Part shown: piece by piece, positions 38,614 to 48,900 of the stretch
Numbering within the stretch: position 1 is the first letter of the stretch
How the letters are laid out: each line of letters starts with the position of its first letter
The notes under the pieces: model-generated
What the model was told of the DNA's origin: nothing
Database searches by the model: none
What the model saw: the letters and a program-made list of their open reading frames with translations, nothing else
Origin: Gammaproteobacteria bacterium
Lineage (GTDB): Bacteria > Pseudomonadota > Gammaproteobacteria > Steroidobacterales > JABDLF01
Direction of reading: 5' to 3'
Length of the DNA: 64,000 bases
Assembly: GCA_041565075.1 (NCBI GenBank)
Contig: JBFGOQ010000006.1
Location: 724-64,723, forward strand
Translations under genes and position numbers: made by a program

Positions 38614-41400
38614 CTAATCCGCTTCTTCGCGAGCGATGCGCACGCCGCGTTCGTCGCGAATGATCTCGAGGTCGGCCGGCAACTCAAAGCCAGGCACGTC
38701 CATGGTTTGCACGCGTGCCATGCCGCCGGTTTGGTCGCTGCCGGCATGTTCCCCTGGCTTGAAGTAAATAATCTGCTTCCAGCAGCGCTTGATCTTGTCG
38801 CCGAGTACCAGGACTACATCGCCCGGACCGGCAAGTTCCAGCGCACGCTGGGTAGCCTCCTGTTCGTCCGGGATGATGTGAATGCTGTCGTCAGGGACAT
38901 CGTTGGCCAGCAGGGTCTTGCGTAACATCTGCGGCACTTCGTCGTCACCGCGCCCGCGTCGATAGTCATCGCGTCGACAGACATAGATATCGAAATGTCC
39001 CGCTGCGGCGGTCGCGATTTCCTCGACATCTTCGTCGCGGCGATCGCCCGGTGCGGCGAGCACGACAATGCGCCTGCCGGTGACCTCGAGACGGTCGATG
39101 ACGTCGCACATGGCTTTGACGGCCGCCGGGTTGTGCGCGTAATCGAGAATAACCTTGAAAGGATGCTCATCAAATACATTCATGCGACCCGGCGCCTGGA
39201 AGAAATTGCTGCCGAAAGTCCGCAGGCCCTGAATGATATGTTCCAGGCTGACCTCCATGTTATAGGCCAGGGCGGCGGCAAACATGGCGTTTTGCACGTT
39301 ATGGGTCGCGCGACCTTCGAGGGTGGCCGGAATGAGATGCGTCCACATGAGCGGTATGTGCCGCATGTTGTCATAGATGGTAATCATGTAGCCGTTCATG
39401 CCCTGCTCGAGGACGACGGCCCGCCCGCCTGCCTGGATGTGTTCTTTGACCAGCGGGTGAGCCGGATTCATGGTGACGTAGCAGACATGGCGTGCGTCGG
39501 TATAGTCCGCCATTTGCAGGCAACGGGGATCATCGGCGTTGAGAACGGCCGCCACCTGGGCGACTTCCACGGGCACGCGCTTGAGTTCAGCCAACTGGTC
39601 AAGCGTGTCGATACCCTTGAGGCCAAGATGATCCGACGCGACGTTCAGGCAGCAGGCCACATCGCACTCGCTGAAGCCCAGCCCGCTGCGCAGCATGCCG
39701 CCACGCGCAGTTTCGAGTACCGCGGCGTCAATCATGGGATCCCGCAGGATCATGCGCGCGGAAATCGGGCCGGTCATGTCACCTTCTACCGATAACTGCC
39801 CATCAATGTAAACGCCATCCGTGGTTGTCAGCCCGACAACATGGCCTTTCATCTTGAGTACATGTGCCAGCATTCGCGCGGTGGTGGTCTTGCCATTGGT
39901 GCCGGTAATGGCTGCGATTGGAATACGACTGGCAGCCCCTGGCGGGAACAGCATCTCCACGACAGGTCCCGCCACGTCCCGCGGCGACCCTTCACTGGGC
40001 GCCACATGCATACGGAACCCCGGGCCCGCATTGACCTCACAAATGCCGCCACCGGTTACGCGATAAGACTCGGCGATATCGGAGGTGAGGAAATCCACGC
40101 CGCCCACGTCGAGACCTATGGCCATGATCGCGCGAATGGCCATTTCCTGGTTGTCGGGATGAATGATGTCGGTAACGTCGATGGCGGTGCCGCCGGTTGA
40201 TAAATTGGCGGTGGAACGCAGGAATACGACCTCGTCTTCTGATGGCACGGACTGCCGGTCATATCCCATCTGGCCCAGCAGCCGGTCAGCCTGATGATCG
40301 AACTCCAGGCGCGTCAGCACTTTCTCATGGCCAACGCCACGGCGCGGATCCTTGTTTACCTCCTCGACAAGTTGTTCGACCGTCGAACTGCCATCACCGA
40401 CGACATGCCCCGGTACACGCTTGGCCGCCGCCACCACTTTGCCGTTGACCACCAGAATCCGATGATCCATGCCGTCGATATAGGACTCCACGACCACGGT
40501 GCGCCCGTGTTCGCGGGCCTTTTCGAAAGCCACGCTGACTTGTTCGTCAGTATTGAGGTTGATGGATACGCCACGGCCATGATTGCCGCTGAGTGGCTTC
40601 AGCACTACCGGGAATCCTATGCGATTGGCTGCGCGCACGGCTTGCGTGGCCGTCTGCACCATAATTTGCTTTGGAACGGGCAGGCCCAGGTCCCGCAGAA
40701 TTGCGTTGGTTTCTTCCTTGTCCGAGGCCAGATCGACACCGATATTCGAGGTGTTGCTGGTGACGGTAGCCTGGATGCGCTTTTGAAAACGGCCATGCCC
40801 GAGTTGCAGCAAGCTATAGCGATTTAATCGTATCCATGGAATGCCCTTTGCTTCCGCTGCACGCGCAATCGATGCTGTACTTGGGCCGAGCTCGCGTCGC
40901 TGCGCGTACTTGATGAACTGGTCGCGTTCCTGATTGAAGTCCCAGTCGTCGCCGGGTGCCTGCGCCGGTCGCAGCTGTGCCGGCAGCAGGTAGTGCAGGA
41001 TATCGAGAGCGATACGCCCGGCCTCGCGACCCACAGCTTCGTCATGATATTCGAATACCATATTGTAGAAGCCGGGCTGGCCGTCTACCGAGCGGGTGCG
41101 GCCGAAACTCACATCGGAACCCGCGACGTTTTGCAGTTCGATGGCTACATGCTCCATGACATGACCGAGCCACGTGCCCTGATCTTCGCGCATGCGCCTT
41201 ACAAAGCCGCCTGGCTCCCGGTAGGAGCAACCGTGTTTGTTGAGTCCGGGTAACATCTCCAGCAGGCGCTCTATATATTCAGCGCCGAGCCGCGAGGTTG
41301 GCCAGGCCTCCAGTTCGCCGAGGTCGAGGACATGTCGGATAACAGGGAATCGGGCATAGACGTTTGGCCCTACATAAACATTGGTCTCGGTTATTCTCAT
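38614..41400 (-). CDS. cphA: Cyanophycin synthetase
   Basis: 928 aa. It has an N domain, an ATP-grasp region (VVLKPLSGNHGRGVSINL, ICEVNAGPG) and a Mur-ligase-like M domain (AITGTNGKTTTARM). Confidence 0.95.
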   Translation of the reverse strand: MRITETNVYVGPNVYARFPVIRHVLDLGELEAWPTSRLGAEYIERLLEMLPGLNKHGCSYREPGGFVRRMREDQGTWLGHVMEHVAIELQNVAGSDVSFGRTRSVDGQPGFYNMVFEYHDEAVGREAGRIALDILHYLLPAQLRPAQAPGDDWDFNQERDQFIKYAQRRELGPSTASIARAAEAKGIPWIRLNRYSLLQLGHGRFQKRIQATVTSNTSNIGVDLASDKEETNAILRDLGLPVPKQIMVQTATQAVRAANRIGFPVVLKPLSGNHGRGVSINLNTDEQVSVAFEKAREHGRTVVVESYIDGMDHRILVVNGKVVAAAKRVPGHVVGDGSSTVEQLVEEVNKDPRRGVGHEKVLTRLEFDHQADRLLGQMGYDRQSVPSEDEVVFLRSTANLSTGGTAIDVTDIIHPDNQEMAIRAIMAIGLDVGGVDFLTSDIAESYRVTGGGICEVNAGPGFRMHVAPSEGSPRDVAGPVVEMLFPPGAASRIPIAAITGTNGKTTTARMLAHVLKMKGHVVGLTTTDGVYIDGQLSVEGDMTGPISARMILRDPMIDAAVLETARGGMLRSGLGFSECDVACCLNVASDHLGLKGIDTLDQLAELKRVPVEVAQVAAVLNADDPRCLQMADYTDARHVCYVTMNPAHPLVKEHIQAGGRAVVLEQGMNGYMITIYDNMRHIPLMWTHLIPATLEGRATHNVQNAMFAAALAYNMEVSLEHIIQGLRTFGSNFFQAPGRMNVFDEHPFKVILDYAHNPAAVKAMCDVIDRLEVTGRRIVVLAAPGDRRDEDVEEIATAAAGHFDIYVCRRDDYRRGRGDDEVPQMLRKTLLANDVPDDSIHIIPDEQEATQRALELAGPGDVVLVLGDKIKRCWKQIIYFKPGEHAGSDQTGGMARVQTMDVPGFELPADLEIIRDERGVRIAREEAD

Positions 41401-42251
41401 GCGTCTTCCCCGCGCGGCTTGCTGATATCGGGCGCAGCGCTGGCCCGCCGGGAGGCAATTTCGAAATGGCCGCCAGCCACCAGAATGTGCAGGCGTACGC
41501 CAATCAGGCTGACTGGTTGATCGCGGCGCGCCTTGGCCATGGAGGAATGCTCGATTTCCGATGGATCTACGATGGTGATGCCGCCGCTGCCGACGACGTC
41601 AAGGGTATCGCCTGGCCGGATAAAAGCAGCAGTGTCCTCGTCGAGGCCGATGCCGACCGCGAATGGGTTGTAGGCGAGCGCAGTCAGCAGACGGCCGAGG
41701 CGGTCGCGCTGTCTGAAATGCTGGTCAATGATGAAGTTGTTGGTGAGCCCCAGACCCGGCGCCAGGGTCACCATGTTGGGGCTGGGTGTGCTGCCTTCGA
41801 GACCGCCGGCAATCATGTGCTCCGGCATGAAGGCCGCACCGGCAGAAGTGCCGGCCACATGCATGCCGGCGGCGTTCTGACGGCGAATGGCCTGGGCGAC
41901 TTTGGTGCCCCCCAGAGTGGTGGACAGGCGCAGCTGGTTGCCGCCGGTCATGAAGACGCCATCCGCTTCTTCGATAGCGCCAATATGTTGCTGCGCGTTG
42001 CAGTCCGCCCGTGTTTCGATGGGCAGGACATGTGCATGATCGACACCCAGGCGACGAAACAGGCGCTCGTAACGCTTGCCGGTGTCGGCTCTCTGGGATG
42101 CGGTGGGTATGATAGCCACCCGCGCACGCCTGCCACCGCACAAGCCGACAAATTTTTCGAGAATTTCGGGGTTGTTGAATTTTTCCTCGGCACCACCGAT
42201 CGGCACGATGTGTCCGCGCTCATTGCTGGGATGACTGGGTGACGGGCACAT
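41397..42251 (-). CDS. cphB: Cyanophycinase (peptidase S51), no signal peptide
   Basis: IVPIGGAEEK, FMTGGNQLRL and the catalytic-Ser context VAGTSAGAA. The stop overlaps the cphA start (ATGA). Confidence 0.92.
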   Translation of the reverse strand: MCPSPSHPSNERGHIVPIGGAEEKFNNPEILEKFVGLCGGRRARVAIIPTASQRADTGKRYERLFRRLGVDHAHVLPIETRADCNAQQHIGAIEEADGVFMTGGNQLRLSTTLGGTKVAQAIRRQNAAGMHVAGTSAGAAFMPEHMIAGGLEGSTPSPNMVTLAPGLGLTNNFIIDQHFRQRDRLGRLLTALAYNPFAVGIGLDEDTAAFIRPGDTLDVVGSGGITIVDPSEIEHSSMAKARRDQPVSLIGVRLHILVAGGHFEIASRRASAAPDISKPRGEDA

Positions 42252-43436
42252 TCAGATTTGCTCCTCGCACTGGTCTTCTTCGAACCTTCCGGCCACCACC
42301 TGGATGTTGTCGCGCAGGTGCCAGCGCCCCCTCGCCATGACGCCGTTAACCTTCAGCTCATCGTCGAGTACCACGAGGTCGGCATCGTTGCCCACCGCGA
42401 TGGCGCCTTTGCCGGCAAGGCGCAACAGGCGGGCCGGATTGGTGGTAATACTTGGCAATACCTGTGCCAGCGTCAGGCCGCGGCCCACTGCGCGGCGCAG
42501 CATGTCCGCCAGTGCACCAGGCTGGCCGACATCCATGCTTAACATTTCACCGTGCTTGTCGAAAACCGGCAGACAGCCGCCACCGTCGGAGCTGACCGTG
42601 ACATGGGCCGCCGGTGCGCCGCTTTCAAGATAACGGTACAAGGCCTCGTCTGCCCACCATGCGTCGTCTGCCTGGTCCACCGGAAAAGCAGTCAGATCTA
42701 TGGTGCATCCTGCATGCGCCAGTTCCAGTGCCTCGTCAAACAGGGCGCGCTTGCGGTTCACATGTGTGGGATTAAATACTCTGGCGGGCAGTTCGCTGCC
42801 GGCCAGAGCCGCGCGCACCAGTTCCAGACCGCGCGCACCGTCACCGAGGTGCAAATGTAAAATACCCGCCTTGCGGCTGATGAGTCCGGCGACATGAACT
42901 TCGCTGGCCAGGCGCAGGATTTCGTCAAGTGTTGGCTGGCTGGAACGGTGGTCACTGATAGCGATTTCACCGGCTCCTATTACAGGGTCCAGGAAAACGA
43001 TATCGTCGCGTGCGCTGCCGGTAAGTGTTACAGGTGGCAAATGATAACCACCTGTATGACACCAGGCCGACAGGCCTTCTTCCCGCAGCGCCTGCGCACA
43101 GGCAAGCAAATCCCGCGTATGGCGCGTGCAGTCGTCGGTGCCAAGAACGCCCACAACGCTGGTCACGCCAGCGCGGGTGTAGCGCGACAGGCCCAGCGGC
43201 GGCACTCGTGATGCAAAACCGCTCTCGCCGCCGCCCCCGGTAAGATGTACATGCCCGTCGATGAAGCCGGGCACAACACGGTGGCCCTGCACATCGAGCG
43301 AAGGCGTGCCAGCAGGCACAGCAGGCACATCCTCGCCCATCCAGACGATTTTTTCGCCGGCAATGACGAGCTGCTTCAGGCCTTGCTCGTCCGGCGCAAA
43401 GACGCGGGCATTCAGGATCAGAGACAGCGGTTTCAT
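42252..43436 (-). CDS. iadA: Isoaspartyl (beta-aspartyl) dipeptidase
   Basis: PGFIDGHVHLTGGGGESG and AGVTSVVGVLGTD align closely with E. coli IadA. Confidence 0.92.
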   Translation of the reverse strand: MKPLSLILNARVFAPDEQGLKQLVIAGEKIVWMGEDVPAVPAGTPSLDVQGHRVVPGFIDGHVHLTGGGGESGFASRVPPLGLSRYTRAGVTSVVGVLGTDDCTRHTRDLLACAQALREEGLSAWCHTGGYHLPPVTLTGSARDDIVFLDPVIGAGEIAISDHRSSQPTLDEILRLASEVHVAGLISRKAGILHLHLGDGARGLELVRAALAGSELPARVFNPTHVNRKRALFDEALELAHAGCTIDLTAFPVDQADDAWWADEALYRYLESGAPAAHVTVSSDGGGCLPVFDKHGEMLSMDVGQPGALADMLRRAVGRGLTLAQVLPSITTNPARLLRLAGKGAIAVGNDADLVVLDDELKVNGVMARGRWHLRDNIQVVAGRFEEDQCEEQI

Positions 43437-43541
43437 ACTTGTTTTTGGCCGCGGAAAAAGGGCGCAAGTGTACCATGCAGGGTGTTCCCCCCCAGCCGGC
43501 GCGGGTAGAATGCCGCGTTCTGTCCAGGCACGCTGAATTAC

Positions 43542-44891
43542 ATGAATGCTGAAGCGAAACAGGACCTGAGTCCGGGTCGCGAGAAACTCGAGTCGCTGGT
43601 CGCGATGATTCTCGATGAGGCACGTCGCGCTGGTGCTGCCCAGGCAGCCGCAGGCGTCAGCGTGGACGAGGGCCTGTCAGTGACGGTGCGACTCGGTGAA
43701 GTCGAGACCATCGAGTACCAGCGCGATCGCGGTCTGGGCGTGACCGTGTACTTCGGCAAGCGCAAGGGCGCAGCCAGCACGGCCGATCTGAGTACAGCTG
43801 CCATCCGCGAGACGGTAAGCAAGGCCTGCAGTATTGCGCGTTATACCGCGGAGGATGAGTGTGCGGGCCTGGCGGATGCCGCACGCATGGCGACCGAGGT
43901 GCCGGACCTCGAGCTGTGCGCGCCCTGGGACCTCGCGCCTGAGCAGGCCATAGACCTGGCACGGGAATGCGAAGATGCAGCGCGTGCGTATGACGCGCGG
44001 ATCACCAACTCCGAGGGTGCCTCGGTAAGTCGCCATCAGGCCTTGCGCGTATACGGTAACACCCACGGTTTTCTCGGCGGCTATCCAACCACCAGCCACA
44101 GCATCGGTTGCGCTGTGCTGGGCAGCGAAGGCGGCAGCATGCAGCGCGATTACTGGTACACAGCTGCTCGTTATTCGGACGCCCTGGACAGCGCGGCCGA
44201 TGTCGGGCGGGTAGCCGCGCAACGAACGGTTGCGCGCCTTGGCGCCAGCAAGATCTCCACGCGCAAGGCGCCGGTACTGTTTCCCGCCGAGCTTGCGCGC
44301 GGCCTGATCGGTCACCTTGTTTCGGCTGTCAGCGGCACGAGCCAGTACAGGCGCGCCTCCTTTTTGCTTGGGGCAAGCGGGGAGACATTGTTTCCGGAAT
44401 TCGTGAGCCTCTCAGAACGGCCCCATATTGCCCGTGCCTTCGGCAGCCGTGCCTATGACCGTGAAGGCGTGGCAACCGTCGACCGGGAGCTGGTGGACAA
44501 GGGTGTGCTTACCGGCTACGTGTTATCCAGTTATTCGGCACGCCGCCTGGGCCTGGAAACCACCGGTAACGCGGGTGGGATTCATAATCTGCTGGTGTCA
44601 CCGGGGGAACACGACCTCGATGGCCTGGTCCGCGAAATGGATACCGGTTTTCTCGTATCGGAACTGATTGGCCATGGCGTCAACACGGTCACGGGAGATT
44701 ATTCCCGGGGCGCTGCCGGTTTCTGGGTGCAGGGCGGCAAGATCGTGCAGGCAGTGGAAGAAGTGACCATTGCAGGCCATTTGCGCGATATGTTTCGCAA
44801 TATCGTGGCTGTGGGCAAGGACGTGGATGAGCGCAGCACCATCCGCAGTGGCTCAATCTTGCTCGACAACATGACCATCGCGGGCAGCTGA
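43542..44891 (+). CDS. pmbA: Metalloprotease PmbA (TldE)
   Basis: 449 aa, PmbA/TldD family. Divergent from the yjgA-side gene string. Confidence 0.95.
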   Translation: MNAEAKQDLSPGREKLESLVAMILDEARRAGAAQAAAGVSVDEGLSVTVRLGEVETIEYQRDRGLGVTVYFGKRKGAASTADLSTAAIRETVSKACSIARYTAEDECAGLADAARMATEVPDLELCAPWDLAPEQAIDLARECEDAARAYDARITNSEGASVSRHQALRVYGNTHGFLGGYPTTSHSIGCAVLGSEGGSMQRDYWYTAARYSDALDSAADVGRVAAQRTVARLGASKISTRKAPVLFPAELARGLIGHLVSAVSGTSQYRRASFLLGASGETLFPEFVSLSERPHIARAFGSRAYDREGVATVDRELVDKGVLTGYVLSSYSARRLGLETTGNAGGIHNLLVSPGEHDLDGLVREMDTGFLVSELIGHGVNTVTGDYSRGAAGFWVQGGKIVQAVEEVTIAGHLRDMFRNIVAVGKDVDERSTIRSGSILLDNMTIAGS

Positions 44892-44919
44892 AGCAGCTCC
44901 GCCCACAGTCAATACTCCG

Positions 44920-44925
44920 TATAAT
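44920..44925 (+). promoter_or_regulatory. Possible -10 box (TATAAT) 9 nt upstream of the 44935 ATG
   Basis: A perfect TATAAT. No Shine-Dalgarno lies between it and the ATG (CGACAGCCC), and there is no convincing -35. Confidence 0.3.
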
Positions 44926-44934
44926 CGACAGCCC

Positions 44935-45927
44935 ATGTCTGAGCTCTATTATGCGGCTGCCTGCCAGACCGATTTCGAGAGTCCTGCGGAACGCGGGGAG
45001 ATCGCGGCGCGCACCCGTCGCATGTGCCAGATCGTCGAGCAAACGATAGTCGGATACGAGCCTTTTTTCGATGTCAGGCTGCTGGTCTTTCCCGAGTTTG
45101 CCCACGCGGTGCCCGCCTACGATTCCGCCCGGACCTTGCTCGAGAAGCTGGCTGTGGAAGTGCCAAACGAGCATACCGACGCCTACGAAAAACTGACCAG
45201 GAAATACGGCTGCTATATTCAGACCGGCACCTTTCTCGAGCGCGATCCGGCGTTTGCGGGCATGGTGTTCAATACCACCGTGCTGATAGGGCCAGGCGGT
45301 GTGCTGTGCAAGTACCGCAAGGTCAATCCGTGGATTCCCTGGGAGGTGCACACGAGCCCGCACGATATCGAAGACTATGATCTTGACCTGTTTCCTGTCG
45401 CAGATACCGAACTGGGCAAGCTCGGCGTCGCGATTTGTTATGACTGGCTGTTCCCCGAAGTTACGCGCCAACTCGCATTCAATGGCGCAGAAGTACTGAT
45501 ACGCCTCTCCGCTTACATGGATCCCTGGGGTGCGACGCCACCCATGGATTGGTGGACCCTGTTCAATCGGGCGCGAGCGGCGGAGAACACGGCCTTTGTC
45601 GTGGCCGCCAACCAGGGCGCCAGCCTCGAACACTATCCACCCTTCAGCTGGCCCGGTGGCAGTATGGTGGTCGATTTTGACGGGCGCATTCTCGCCCAGG
45701 CGGACCCGGGTCCAGGTGAGAAAGTAGTGGTCGCGCCGATCGATATCGGTGCTCTGCGGCATGAGCGTGCACGGCGGCAGGGCCACGATATGCGCAGTCA
45801 CCTGCGCAGTGAGGCTTACGATTACCTGGACGCGCCGAGACTGGGGAAAGCGGTGCCCGAGGATCACCCGCTTGAGGTCGAATCGTTGCGCCAGCGTATC
45901 AAGGCTGCGCGAGACAAGTTGTCATGA
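44935..45927 (+). CDS. Carbon-nitrogen hydrolase, aliphatic-amidase/formamidase-like
   Basis: E-K-C contexts LLVFPEFAH, CKYRKVNPWIPWE and AICYDWLFPE. The 330-aa length and the YRK..PW motif resemble AmiE/AmiF. Confidence 0.85.
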   Translation: MSELYYAAACQTDFESPAERGEIAARTRRMCQIVEQTIVGYEPFFDVRLLVFPEFAHAVPAYDSARTLLEKLAVEVPNEHTDAYEKLTRKYGCYIQTGTFLERDPAFAGMVFNTTVLIGPGGVLCKYRKVNPWIPWEVHTSPHDIEDYDLDLFPVADTELGKLGVAICYDWLFPEVTRQLAFNGAEVLIRLSAYMDPWGATPPMDWWTLFNRARAAENTAFVVAANQGASLEHYPPFSWPGGSMVVDFDGRILAQADPGPGEKVVVAPIDIGALRHERARRQGHDMRSHLRSEAYDYLDAPRLGKAVPEDHPLEVESLRQRIKAARDKLS

Positions 45928-48900
45928 TCATGCTGATCCGGCTGCGCGCGTTCGTATTGTCATCAGTGGCCTGTTTTCTGGTGGCGTGCAGCGCGCATGA
46001 TGCTGGCCCGGCATTAAGCGAACAGGATATCGCGGACAACAACCGCGGTGTCGGGCTCATGGGCTATTTCGACTACGAAGGAGCGCGCCAGATTTTTGCA
46101 CAACTCGCGCAGCGACATCCGCTGTGGCACGACGTGCAGGTGAATCTTGCGATTGCAACCCTGAATCGCCAGCAGCAGGGCGATGAACAGACTGCACTGG
46201 ATCTGGTGATGCAAGTTCTGCTGGCAAACCCCGAACACTTGCGCGCCCGTTACGTGGCAGGGCTGCTGCGGCTCAATGCCGGCGATTCTGCGATGGCCCT
46301 GGCGGATTTCGAGCACGTGGCCCGGGCCGATCCTGACGACCCTTTCGCGGCGTATTACAGCGCGCTGTGTCGCGCACAGCTGGGCGACGCCGAGCGGGCG
46401 CTTGCCGATTACCGGCGGGCGATCGAGCTCGATCCGTACTTGCGCAGCGCCTACTATGGGGCGTTCCAGGCCTTGCAGCGACTGAAGCGTCGCGAAGAAG
46501 CCAGGGAAATGCTGGCGCAATTCCAGCGCCTCGCTGACAACCCCCAGGCCCGCTTGGCCGAGTTCAAGTACACACGCATGGGGGACAAGGGCGCAGCGCA
46601 GGTCGTCAACCTGCAGGCACCTGCAGAAATCCAGCAGCCCGAAGGCGAATTGTTTGTCGCGGCCCGCCCTATGGCGGATCTGCCGCCGCTGGTGGGTGCG
46701 CAGGAGACGGCCATGACGGTTGCCGATGCGAATGGCGATGGCGTTCTTGATCTTTATATCGCCCAGACTGCCAACGGCAGCTTGCTGGTGACAGGTGGCG
46801 CAGACGGTACTTTCACAATGCAGGCGCAGCACAAACTTTCTGGTATCGCCAACGTTCGGGCGGCATTGTGGGGCGACGTCGACAATGATGGCCTGCTCGA
46901 TGCCTACCTGTTACGCGACGGCCCGAACCAGCTATGGCAGCAGGTTGCACAGGGCGAATGGCGGGACGTCAGTGAAACCTCTGCCAGCAGTGGTGGCGAC
47001 ACGGACAGCATCGATGGCGCAATGTTCGACGCCGACCACGACGGTGACCTCGATATATTTGTTATCAACGCCGATGCTCCGGTGGAACTTTTCAATAACA
47101 ACCTGGATGGCACATTTCGTCCGCTGGCGAAGACCCAGGATTTGGCGCGCAGCGGGCGGCGTGCGCGCAGCGTAGTGGTTACTGACCTGGATCATGACCG
47201 CGACACCGATATCCTGGTGGTCTATGCATCGCCACCGCATGACGTGTTCCTGAATGACCGCTTGTGGGCTTACCGCAGTGCACAGGACATGGCACTGTTC
47301 AGCGAGGCAAGCCTTGCGGCCGCCGTGGCTGGCGACGTCGATGCCGACGGCAGTGCCGAAATTTATGCCATTGCCGAGGATGGCGCGCTGCTCAGGTTTA
47401 CGCGCGCAGCAAGTCACGCCTGGCAACAAGAGAGCCTGGCCCCGGCCGGCACGGCGAGTGCCGCAGGGATTGCTCAGCTTGCGCTTGCCGACCTGGATGG
47501 CGACGGGCGTCAGGAACTTATTTATTCCATCGACGAAGGTTGGCAGGTTGGCCGTCTCGATGGCGAAGGTTTTGAGCCTGGTTTCACCGGCAAGCTCGGT
47601 TCGCACGGGCATTGGTTGCTGGCCAACCTCGAGCTGCCCGCGGGCCCGTCAATAATCGGGGCCGTAAATGACGGGCCGCCGTTGATCTGGAAGCCGGGCC
47701 GGGGACGCCACGCTTTCATCGGGCTCAGCTTCACGGGGCTCGAGGAAAAAGCCGAGTCGATGCGCTCCAATGCATCGGGCATCGGTACACGCGTCGACCT
47801 GCGCATTGATTCGCGATGGCGCTCGCATGACACCCTGCGCAACCACACTGGGCCCGGGCAGAGCCTGCAGCCATTGTTTGTCGGCGCGGGCGGTTATGAA
47901 AGCATCGACTACGTCGCTCTGACATGGTCGGACGGTGTTTTTCAAACCGAGCTGGGGCTGCGCCCCGGGACCCTGCACAAGATCACCGAAACCCAGCGAC
48001 AGCTGTCGAGTTGCCCGGTGCTGTTTGCCTGGGACGGGGAAAAGTTCGCCTTCGTCAGTGATCTGCTGGGCGTCGGCGGAATTGGATTCAATACCGGCTT
48101 CGGACAGTATGCGACGCCACGGCCGTGGGAGTTTTTTCTGCTTCCCCGGAACAGTGTCAGGGACCATGCAGGCAGCATTGAGCTGAAAATTGCGGAACCC
48201 ATGGAAGAGGTCGCCTATATCGATACTGCACGGCTGCGGGCCTATTCGTTGCCTGCTGGCTGGCAAATGGTCCTGGACGAACGCATGGGGCTGTCTGAAC
48301 CGCTGCCGAGCGGGCGAGCAATTTTTTACCGCACCGAAAGCCTGCCCGTCAGCGCACGCAATGACAGGGATGCCGACGTCCTGGCTGCGCTCATGGCAGC
48401 AGATGGCAGTGCTGCGCCCGTAGGAGAAAGAGATCGGCGCTTTATTGGCCGCCTCGCCGAGCAACATGTTCTGGAACTCGAATTTCCGGCGCCACTGAAT
48501 GATGAGCAGCGCATCCCGTGGCTGGTTGTGGATGGTTGGGTGGAGTACCCGTATTCGCAAACCGGCTTTGCGGCCTGGCAGGCCGGTGCTGCCTTCGAAG
48601 CCCCGAGCCTCGCAGCCGGCAATGCAGCGGGCGAGTGGGTCGAAATTGCCCACCAGTTCGGCTACCCGGCGGGCATGCCACGGCGCATGGCCTTCCCGCT
48701 CGACAAACTGCCGGCAGCAACCACGCGCCTGCGACTTGCGACCAATCTCGAGGTCTATTGGGACCGCATTTCGGTCGTGTTTGAAGAACCTGCGCCTGAT
48801 GAGCTGCAAGTGGAAGAATTAACCTTGCTGAAAGCAGTGCTTGAGGCTCCGGGTTTTCCTTTGCGTAAAGATGGCCCACAACGCCGCCCGGACTATGATT

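Noticed and set aside
36904-38925. A 673-aa ORF on the plus strand across the cphA paralogue and the cphA 3' end.
   Set aside because: It lies antisense to two genes with clear family motifs. The product is Arg/Ala/Gly-rich and low-complexity, which is typical of high-GC antisense frames.
44689-45867. A 392-aa minus-strand ORF opposite the amidase-like gene. Similar long shadow ORFs occur at 47649-48809 (-), 53990-54982 (+), 26146-27192 (-) and 1588-2625 (+).
   Set aside because: All lie antisense to genes with catalytic motifs. They are high-GC artefacts.
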